DNA of 64,000 nucleotides from an uncultured Oscillospiraceae bacterium (lineage in GTDB: Bacteria; Bacillota; Clostridia; Oscillospirales; Ruminococcaceae). Location of the stretch: NCBI GenBank assembly GCA_964645785.1, contig CAZYAV010000006.1, positions 1,327 to 65,326 of the forward strand, written 5' to 3'. Positions 43,816 to 51,364 of this stretch are shown here, one piece after another; position 1 is the first letter of the stretch, and the number at the start of each line of letters is the position of its first letter. A program made the position numbers and the translations under genes. The notes beneath the pieces are model-generated. The model did no database searches. It was not told the DNA's origin and was given only the letters and a program-made list of their open reading frames with translations.

Positions 43816-44850
43816 ATGGGACTGTTTGGAAATCTGTTTGAAAAGAAGCAATGCTCCATCTGCGGGGGCGACATCGGCCTGATGGGCAACCGCAAGCTGG
43901 AGGACGGTAACTGCTGCAAGGATTGCGCGGCAAAGCTCTCGCCGTGGTTCAGCGAACGGCGGCAGAGCACCGTGGCGGACATTAAGGCGCAGCTGGAATA
44001 CCGCGAGGCCAACCGGGAAAAGGTGGCGGCATTCCACGCCACCCGCACGCTGGGGGATGACACCAAGGTGATTTTGGACGAGGACGCGGGTCTCTTTATG
44101 GTCACCTCCGCCCGCAACTGGCAAAGCGCCAACCCCGATGTGCTGGCCTTTTCCGATGTGACGGGTTGCAATTTGGACATCGAGGAAGACCGAACCGAGA
44201 TCGAGTATAAGGACGCGGAGGGCAAGCGCCAAAGCTTCAACCCCAAGCGCTACGCCTATTCCTACGATTTTTATATCGTCATCCAGGTCAACAATCCGTA
44301 CTTCAACGAAATCCGCTTCAAGCTGAATGATTCCAGCGTGGACAACGACGAGGAGACCCTGCTGGACAGCCCCACGGCCATGCCGCGCTCCCGCTCCGGC
44401 GCAGCCCGTCCCGGCGCAGTCCGCCCTGATGCGGCGCGTCCTGGCGCGGCGCGTCCCGGTGCGGCTCGACCTGATGCGGCGCGCCCCGGTGCTGTTCGTC
44501 CCGGTGCAGCGCGTCCTGATGCGGCGCGTCCCGGTACAGCGCGTCCCGGCACGGCGCGCCCCGGCGCGGAACGGCCGATGCCCGGCCGCACCCCCATGGG
44601 CGGCGGGGTGCCGGGCGGCATTCCCGTCTCCAACGCCGACGAGGTGCGCGCCAGCCTGGAGTATCAGCAGTATGAGCAGATGGGACAGGAGATACGCGAC
44701 GCTCTGCTGCAGGTGCGGCAGGATGTGCGGGACAGCGCGGCGGCGGCAAACGCACCCAAAATGGCGGTGACCTGCCCCTTCTGCGGCGCCACCACAACGC
44801 CGGACGCTTCCGGCTGCTGCGAATTCTGCGGCGGAGCCATCGGCGGCTGA
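43816..44850 (+). CDS. DUF4428-like zinc-ribbon protein with internal AARPG/AARPD pentapeptide tract and C-terminal zinc ribbon
   Basis: 344 aa, RBS GGGAGG. N-terminus CSICGGDIGLMGNRKLEDGNCCKDCAAKLSPWF. C-terminus CPFCGATTTPDASGCCEFCGG. Confidence 0.75.
   Translation: MGLFGNLFEKKQCSICGGDIGLMGNRKLEDGNCCKDCAAKLSPWFSERRQSTVADIKAQLEYREANREKVAAFHATRTLGDDTKVILDEDAGLFMVTSARNWQSANPDVLAFSDVTGCNLDIEEDRTEIEYKDAEGKRQSFNPKRYAYSYDFYIVIQVNNPYFNEIRFKLNDSSVDNDEETLLDSPTAMPRSRSGAARPGAVRPDAARPGAARPGAARPDAARPGAVRPGAARPDAARPGTARPGTARPGAERPMPGRTPMGGGVPGGIPVSNADEVRASLEYQQYEQMGQEIRDALLQVRQDVRDSAAAANAPKMAVTCPFCGATTTPDASGCCEFCGGAIGG
44398..44577 (+). repeat. 12 tandem 15-bp units encoding (G/D)(A/T)(A/V/E)RP pentapeptides
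   Basis: GAARP GAVRP DAARP GAARP GAARP DAARP GAVRP GAARP DAARP GTARP GTARP GAERP, read directly from the ORF (residues 195-254). Confidence 0.9.
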
Positions 44851-44952
44851 GCGTCTGCGTCGCCGATACAGGGGTTCGTCGTTCCCCGGCAGCATCCCTG
44901 CCCGGGGAACGGCAAATTCCGTCCGTTATGCAAAGCAAGGGAGGAAAAGGCC

Positions 44953-45624
44953 TTGAAGGATCATCCTAGATCGGGAGCGTTGGGCGTATGGAGCCTTCTG
45001 GGGCTTGCGCTGCTCTATTTCATCGCGCGGCATTTCTTCCCGTCGCTTTCCACCCTGCTTCTCGTCCTTGCGGCGGTTGTGGCCTTTGGCATTGTCGCGC
45101 TGGTGGCGCTGGTCGTTGTCTTCGCCTTCCGCAAGCCCAAGCAGCGCGGTGAGCCGGCGGGCAGCGGCCAGTCAACAGTTCTTCAACAGGGTCGGGCTGA
45201 CCTTCTCACGCTGCGCGGGCTTCTCCTGCGCGTAAAAGACGGGCAGGTGCGCGCTCTGGGCGAAACTGTCTGCCGCGAAATCGAGCAGATTCTCCGCGTC
45301 CTGAAGGAGCGTCCGGAGGATATTCCTCTGGTGCGGCAGCTGTTTCCGTTCTATCTGCCCGCCCTCATCGACATTCTGCGGCAGTTGATTCGCCTGGAAC
45401 AGAGCGGCGTATCGGATTCGGAGCTCACCGAAAAGGTCATCACCTGCCTGCGCGATATGCAGGCCGTGCTGGAAAAGCTGCACGCCGGTCTTTTGAGCAA
45501 CGGCAAGCTGGAGCTTGCCGCGGAGATGGAGGCTTTGGCGCAGTTCTGCCGCCGGGAGGGTCTGCTTGCAGACTCCGCGCATCCGGCAGAAGGCGGCGGG
45601 TCGGATATCACCCCGTCCCCATAG
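44953..45624 (+). CDS. XpaC-like (5-bromo-4-chloroindolyl phosphate hydrolysis protein family) membrane protein
   Basis: 223 aa. TTG start 8 nt after GGGAGG. Two N-terminal TM segments, then a helical domain (LRVLKERPEDIPLVRQLFPFYLPALIDILRQL...) as in the XpaC family. Confidence 0.6.
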   Translation: MKDHPRSGALGVWSLLGLALLYFIARHFFPSLSTLLLVLAAVVAFGIVALVALVVVFAFRKPKQRGEPAGSGQSTVLQQGRADLLTLRGLLLRVKDGQVRALGETVCREIEQILRVLKERPEDIPLVRQLFPFYLPALIDILRQLIRLEQSGVSDSELTEKVITCLRDMQAVLEKLHAGLLSNGKLELAAEMEALAQFCRREGLLADSAHPAEGGGSDITPSP

Positions 45625-45636
45625 CCGGGCAGGAGG

Positions 45637-45746
45637 CTCTGGCTCGCTGCCAGCTTTTTGCGGTTAAAGGCTCGCAGCTTTTTGCTCTATGATTGTTTTC
45701 CCGGTTCTTCCGTTCCGGAGCAAAGCCCGCTTTGCTCCGGATTTTT
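45637..45746 (+). repeat. dispersed intergenic repeat, full copy 2 (also the terminator of the 16-gene cluster)
   Basis: See 20811..20919. Ends in CCGGAGCAAAGCCCGCTTTGCTCCGG followed by ATTTTT. Confidence 0.85.
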
Positions 45747-45769
45747 GCCTGAAATTTATATATTGAACC

Positions 45770-46043
45770 ACAATGTGTTTCAATAATCATGCAATTTCCC
45801 AATTTTACAGGGATAAACTTCGGATCCCTAGCAATCTTTTCAAAGGCCTTGTCCACAACCTTCATAATAGCAAGGGAGCTGCTGTGGGGCATCCCTTTCG
45901 CTCTCGACCCTTCCCTCCTCTATACAGTTGATAAAATGCTTCAGCTCGTATTCATAGCCCGTCGTCCCCGCGGGGAAGTCGTGCAGGAAGTCGACCGGCG
46001 CCGGAACCGAATCACAAGGGGCAGCATAACAGACCGCCGTCAT
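45770..46043 (-). pseudogene. remnant of the C-terminus of a Gfo/Idh/MocA-type oxidoreductase (frameshifted)
   Basis: ORF 45840..46043 ends ...GTTGYEYELKHFINCIEEGRVESERDAP. The expected continuation ...SLAIMKVVDKAFEKIARDPKFIPVK is in another frame (ORF 45608..45892). No N-terminal Rossmann part is present. Confidence 0.45.
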
Positions 46044-46311
46044 AAACCTGCATCGCGCTTAAACTTCCGATTGCCGCATTCGCCTGTTTATCCCCTGCCG
46101 CATCCGCGCGTCCCGGCCGCGCCTTCGTTTTGCTTTGTCGTCCCCGTCCGCCCTATCCGGCGCAGCTCTGTCCTTTCGCCGTGCCGGATGTCTGGAAGGT
46201 TTTCGCAGGGCAGCCGCTAACGGGTTCTCCCCCGGGTATCTTCTCCCCCTTACGGGAGAAGGTCACGCTTTTGCTCTTCGATCATTGCGATTTTGATTGT
46301 CCCCGGCCGGA

Positions 46312-46905
46312 TTACTTTCGCCTTGTGGTATTTCTCAGCAGCAGCTTCGGGTAGAGCTTCAAGTCCATCTCCGCCTCCTTCCCGTTGATGAGCTGCTCGC
46401 AGGCCTGGAAACAGGCATATTCGTTATCCGAATACACCCCATGAACCAGGTCGACGCCGGTCACCTTTCTGTCCAGCATGACCATCGGTATTCCGTATTT
46501 CTTCGGCAAAAGGTGCTCTGCCCTGCCGTTCAGGCCGGTCGGAATCAGGATGATTCCATCCACCTTCTTGACGACTAGATTCCGGATGCACTCCAGATCT
46601 TTCTCCAGCGAAAAATCCGTCATCATGATAATAAGAAAATAGTCTTCCTGTTTCGCTCTCTTTTCAACGGCGAGCGCAATCTCGGCAAAAAAGGGGTTCA
46701 GGATATCGGGTATCGCAAGGGCAATACTCTTCCTGGCATGGGCATTTCCGCCGGCGGCATTGCTGTAGTGCATGGAATCAATGACGTCCTGAACCTTTTT
46801 GCGGGTCGCTTCCCCCACCCCTACCAGCGAATGATTGAGCACACGGGATACCGTAGCCTTTGACACACCGGCAGTTTTTGCGATTTCCTCCACGGTAACG
46901 CGCAT
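46312..46905 (-). pseudogene. LacI-family regulator, C-terminally truncated (197 aa versus the usual ~330)
   Basis: The HTH MRVTVEEIAKTAGVSKATVSRVLN and first sugar-binding subdomain are intact. The sequence departs from the family pattern after ...ACEQLING and stops. Confidence 0.55.
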
Positions 46906-46955
46906 CGCTGACTCCTTGCTTGTTTTCTCTCTCGGCTACATTCACATTCTAATTG

Positions 46956-46970
46956 AGAAACATTGTTTCT
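46956..46970. promoter_or_regulatory. 15-bp palindrome AGAAACA-T-TGTTTCT upstream of the LacI gene (operator candidate)
   Basis: Perfect inverted repeat read from the sequence. Confidence 0.35.
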
Positions 46971-47094
46971 TGAATATGCTTTTTCGCTAAATCCATCCTC
47001 TTTTTTGTATGATCTACCAATAAACAACGCCCTATTATTTCTATATTCTGTGCAGGAATTTACAAGCAGCAAAATATTTGTGAAACAACCTTGC

Positions 47095-47108
47095 GTAACA
47101 TTTGTTAC
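47095..47108. promoter_or_regulatory. 14-bp palindrome GTAACATTTGTTAC (operator candidate)
   Basis: Perfect inverted repeat with the same AACA/TGTT core as 46956..46970. Confidence 0.35.
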
Positions 47109-47787
47109 GCTCTCCGATGCCATTCAAATGATTCGATGGATTTCCCGGAGCTCTGCGTTCGAGCACAGGCTGCGCCATGGCATCCGCGGATTTTAAAGAA
47201 ATGGAATCCCCTGGTTGCTTGATCCGGTATTTTATTGTCAGCATCGGCGCCTGTGACAGCGCACAAAAGGCACCGTGAAAAACGCAATTCTGTGGTGAAG
47301 CCGGAGAAAAAAGGGCAAGCTCCCAGGCGGGACAGGAAAAAGCCCGGAAAGGGAGTCGACGAGCGAAAGAAAAGCAATAATAGCCAAAGCAGACGCAGAA
47401 AAGCTTGAGAGCAGAAGCTCTGCCTCTTTTGTGCGGTTGCCGATGGCTGTGATTTTTACCATGGTGTTCTTCCCCTTTTTGAATTTGTTTATTTAAAAGC
47501 AGAGAGAGGGAACGATGTTCCATTCACCGTTTTCAGGCAAAGAAAAAGGCCGGGATTCGTTTTTCTCATCCCGGCCTCGCGGTTGTTCTTAATATCCTGT
47601 TTTAGTTTAGCTGCTGGGAATCGCCTATTTTTGATAAATATCGAATACTTCAGGACACAGGTCTCATCCGCCTGTCAAAAAGCCCGGTTTGTGCCTGCGG
47701 AGTGTGAAGCCTTTTTCACGACTTCAAAGCGCCGAAAAGCCCCTGAAGCAGGAGTTTTTCGGCGATGAGGGTTGAACGCTCGTAACT

Positions 47788-47806
47788 CGCAAAAAGTTGG
47801 CAGCGA
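47788..47806 (-). repeat. inverted partial copy of the dispersed repeat family
   Basis: CGCAAAAAGTTGGCAGCGA is close to the reverse complement of TCGCTGCCAGCTTTTTGCG in 20811..20919 and 45637..45746. Confidence 0.5.
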
Positions 47807-48260
47807 CGGCGAACCCGAGCGGGACGTTTTGCGATGAGGAGGGACAGCGGCGCGAGCGCACCGGCAGCTTTTTATTAAAAAAGCCGCCGCAAGCGATATG
47901 AAGCTTGCGGAGACGTGGAAGGACTTGACAAAAAAGATGCAACCCTAAAATTGTATTTAGCAGAATATTTATATTGTTATGAAGACATAGCAGAATCGCA
48001 AAGGAAATACTACCTCCGAACCAAACTTTTGCGGAAGCACAGAAGTATTCCTTATTTGACAAACACACTTTTCGATAAAATTGTTCGAAAAGTGAGACTC
48101 ATCCATCAAGCGTTAGATTTAATGCTTTTCATGGCGTGCTCACATATTTCCCCTATTTGAGATATATCACCTTTTATCTCATTAATCAGTTTTTATCAAA
48201 TAAGGCAACAATCATGCAATGACATTAGTGGTTAATGGGTATTCTACCCCTTATTTAAAT

Positions 48261-50618
48261 TTATGCAAACTCTTTTTTGACTGTCACGCCCGCCGCCGCG
48301 GCGTAGCCCGCGAGCACCGCCGCGAGCAGCAGATAAATCCAGACCTGCCCGCCCGTTTTGAGGAACTCGGGCGCGGAGAAGAGCGGATAGGCGCTGAGGT
48401 ACCTGAACTGCTCGTCGAGCAGCTCGCTCAGCACGAGCGGCACGCAGAACACCCCTGTGTTCAGCGCGAGCGCGGCGACGGTGTTCGGCGCCTTGCAGCT
48501 GACGGCGGACATGATCACCACCGCCGCGAAAGCGCCCGCGCACCGCGAGAGCACCGCGAAGAGCGCGAGCGTCCAGATGCCGAAAACCCGCCACGCCGTG
48601 CCGAACTGCATAAGGCTGCGCAACGGGTAGAAAAGCCCCGGCAGACCGTAGAAGCGCAACACGACGATAAGCCGCGCGAGCACCGAGCACACCGCGGCAA
48701 AGCAGGCGGCCGCCGCGCACAGCCTCATGCGGCACCGAAAGGTGTACCGCCGCCCGAGCGGCGTCGTCTTGACGAGCTTCAGCATCCCCGACTTTTTCTC
48801 TTTTGCGACGATGTCCGAGACGCACAGGGTCAGCGCGATCATGCACCAGAGCGTCTCGCGGGGGCTGTAGACGCCGCCCGTGTCGAACAGTCGCGCATAG
48901 CCCGTGTCATAGACAAGGCACGCGCCCTCTGTCCCGGCCGCATACGCGACGTTCCCGTAGAGCACCCGCACAAACACCGCGTAGTCCCGGACGAGGTCGT
49001 CGTACCGCGCCGCCATGAGGGAATACTCGTCGTCGGTGACTTCGCCCCGCGCGCGCTTTGCCTCGAGCTCGTGCAGGGGGATGAATTCCTCGCTCTTCGC
49101 CCTGAGCCAATCGTAGGCCTCCATGTCGTACCGCCCGCCGAGCTCGAGCATATAGGTGCGGTAGCGCAGCTCGTCCGACGAGAGATAGACCTCCTCGCTG
49201 AGCCCCGCGCAAACCTGTGAGACAAAAAACAACGCGAGCACGAGCGCCGCGCCGTTCTGCACAAGGAACTTGTAGCCCTCGGTGAACCGCACGCTCGTGC
49301 AGCGCACCCGTTCGAGCGGCAGGATGCCGCCGCCCGCCCTCGCCGCGTCCCTTGCCGCGAGCCTCGGGTACACCGCAACAAACAGCAGCGCCGTCGCGGC
49401 GGCGAACAGCGACACCGCGATAAACTCGACGGCAAACCGCGAGCAGGGCTTGTCCAGAATGTTGATGTTGAAATAGACACCCAGCAGCTCGTTGGTGTTG
49501 AGCGCGCTCAAGAGGTTGGCGTATTTAAAGGCCGCCCATCTCCCCGTCGCGGGGATCAGCGCCCGCACGGCAAAGCTCGCCCCGAGCAGGGCGAAGACGG
49601 TCAAAAACGAGCTCCACACCTGCCTGAAGCACAGGCACACCGTCAGCATGACGAGCGCGACGCAGGCAAGCACCCCGCTTTTTACCGCAAGAAACAGCAG
49701 CAGATACTCCCCGACGCTCACCCGCAGCACCGAGTGGGTCAGAAACGGGACCGACTGGATGCTGCGTGAGAGATCGCCGAGACCGAACGAGAGCCCGCAA
49801 ACCAGCAGGCTGCCGCCGTAAAAGACGGCGACCACGGCAAGCAGGCTCAAAAAGACAGCCGCGATCTTTGCGGCGGCCGTCCTTCTCTTTCCGCGCGGGG
49901 TGCTGCGCGTCAGGCGCAAAAGCCCCTTTTCGCGCTCCTCGGTGAGCACGGTCAGCGAGAGAAACATCGCCGCCGCGAGCAGCAGCCAGTCGGTGACGGA
50001 AAAATCCAGCGCGGTCTCAAGTCCCGCCTGCGGGAAGTAGTCGATTTCGACCCCGCGCAGCCGCCCGTATGCCTCGGCGGACGCCGCGATGTTAAGCCGG
50101 TCATAGCCCGCCGCGTCGTCCGCAAAAATCGAGATGCCCGACAGTCGCGCCGCCTTTTGCTCCATCTCGTCGATAAAGGCGGGGTGGGCGTATACCTCGT
50201 CCGCCTCTTTTTTGATTTTTAAAAAGAACCGCGCGTTTTCGGCGAGGCCGCCTGTATACCCCGGGTCCCGCCGCACGGCGTAATAGAGCCGAAGATACGG
50301 CTCGGTGAAGTATTCGGCATAGCGCGCCCGCGTCTCGGCGTCGTACATTCCCGTCTGCTCCTCGCGGGTGACAACCTCGTCGACGGTCGCTAAAATCCGC
50401 GCCGTTTCCGCCTCCTGCTCGATAAAAGCGGCCTTTTGTTCGGCGCTCAAGGGCCGCAGATTGTCCGCGAGCTCGCGGTAGGCCGCGACCGTGCCGCCGT
50501 CAAAGTCGTTCATCATCCACAGCAGAAAGAAATCCAGCGCGAGCAGCGCCGCGAGCGCGGCTAAAAACCGGCGCGAGCGCCAGATTTTTCTGAACTCGAA
50601 GAACACCAAACGAATCAT
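48261..50618 (-). CDS. fused/duplicated ABC-2-type permease (785 aa)
   Basis: Two similar halves, each an N-terminal TM, a ~170-190-aa soluble loop and a bundle of about 5 TM segments. Its start overlaps the stop of the ATPase gene. Confidence 0.75.
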   Translation of the reverse strand: MIRLVFFEFRKIWRSRRFLAALAALLALDFFLLWMMNDFDGGTVAAYRELADNLRPLSAEQKAAFIEQEAETARILATVDEVVTREEQTGMYDAETRARYAEYFTEPYLRLYYAVRRDPGYTGGLAENARFFLKIKKEADEVYAHPAFIDEMEQKAARLSGISIFADDAAGYDRLNIAASAEAYGRLRGVEIDYFPQAGLETALDFSVTDWLLLAAAMFLSLTVLTEEREKGLLRLTRSTPRGKRRTAAAKIAAVFLSLLAVVAVFYGGSLLVCGLSFGLGDLSRSIQSVPFLTHSVLRVSVGEYLLLFLAVKSGVLACVALVMLTVCLCFRQVWSSFLTVFALLGASFAVRALIPATGRWAAFKYANLLSALNTNELLGVYFNINILDKPCSRFAVEFIAVSLFAAATALLFVAVYPRLAARDAARAGGGILPLERVRCTSVRFTEGYKFLVQNGAALVLALFFVSQVCAGLSEEVYLSSDELRYRTYMLELGGRYDMEAYDWLRAKSEEFIPLHELEAKRARGEVTDDEYSLMAARYDDLVRDYAVFVRVLYGNVAYAAGTEGACLVYDTGYARLFDTGGVYSPRETLWCMIALTLCVSDIVAKEKKSGMLKLVKTTPLGRRYTFRCRMRLCAAAACFAAVCSVLARLIVVLRFYGLPGLFYPLRSLMQFGTAWRVFGIWTLALFAVLSRCAGAFAAVVIMSAVSCKAPNTVAALALNTGVFCVPLVLSELLDEQFRYLSAYPLFSAPEFLKTGGQVWIYLLLAAVLAGYAAAAGVTVKKEFA

Positions 50619-51364
50619 GCCGTCTCATCCTCGCCGAAGATGCTGAGATAGACCTCCTCGAGGCCGCCGCCCGGCGCGTGCTTCGCGACAAGGTTAGGCA
50701 CGCTGTCAAAGCCCGCGAGGCGGCCCTTTTTGAGCACGATGACCCCGTCCGCGACGCTCTCGACGTCGGACACGACGTGGGTCGCGACGATCACGATGCG
50801 CCCCTCGTCCGCCGTTTTCCTGAGCACTCCGCGCAGGTGCGCGCGCTCCTTGGGGTCGAGCCCCGCCGTCGGCTCGTCAAAGATCAGCAGCTTGGGGTCG
50901 CCGATGAGCGCCTGCGCCGCCAGCAGCCGCTGCTTCATGCCGCCCGAATACATCGAGATGCGCTTGCCGAGCTCGTCCTCCAGGTTGACGGCGCGCGCGA
51001 CCCGCACGACCTCGTCGTTCACCGCCCCCGCGGGCAGCTCCTTGAGGGCGCAGAAATACTCTAAAAACATCCGACCCGTGAAGCCGTCGTACATCCCCTG
51101 CTGCTGGGGCATATAGCCGAGCGCCCGGTAGAAATCGGCGCTGCCCGCCCTGTCGCCGTTCCACAGCACAAAGCCGCGGGAGGGCTCGAGCCCGCCCGTG
51201 ACGATGTTCATGGTGGTGCTTTTGCCCGAGCCGTTGGGCCCGAGCAGGGCGTAAAACCCCACGCCGAGCTCTAAGCTGAGACCCTCGAGCGCGCGGGTCT
51301 CCCGCTTGCCGTCGCAGTAGGTTTTGGAAAGGTCGACGAGCTCCAGCCTCGCGTTCTCCATCAT
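50615..51364 (-). CDS. ABC transporter ATP-binding protein
   Basis: Subset of ORF 50615..51406. The ATG at 51364 forms an ATGA overlap. Walker A GPNGSGKST, signature YSGGMKQR, Walker B LLIFDEP. Confidence 0.9.
   Translation of the reverse strand: MMENARLELVDLSKTYCDGKRETRALEGLSLELGVGFYALLGPNGSGKSTTMNIVTGGLEPSRGFVLWNGDRAGSADFYRALGYMPQQQGMYDGFTGRMFLEYFCALKELPAGAVNDEVVRVARAVNLEDELGKRISMYSGGMKQRLLAAQALIGDPKLLIFDEPTAGLDPKERAHLRGVLRKTADEGRIVIVATHVVSDVESVADGVIVLKKGRLAGFDSVPNLVAKHAPGGGLEEVYLSIFGEDETA

Noticed and set aside
47041-47523. Minus-strand ORFs of 160, 90 and 74 aa upstream of the truncated LacI gene; the 74-aa one (47238..47462) has a GGGGAAG RBS-like sequence
   Set aside because: The products have no recognisable family, and the frames overlap each other in a region that otherwise looks decayed. 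Mentioned only as part of the relic segment.
47755-47785. Degenerate duplicate of the tmRNA 3' end (island att site): GGCGATGAGGGTTGAACGC versus GGCGAGGGGAATTGAACCC
   Set aside because: The match is short and gapped (roughly two-thirds of positions). No integrase relic is recognisable, so chance similarity cannot be excluded.
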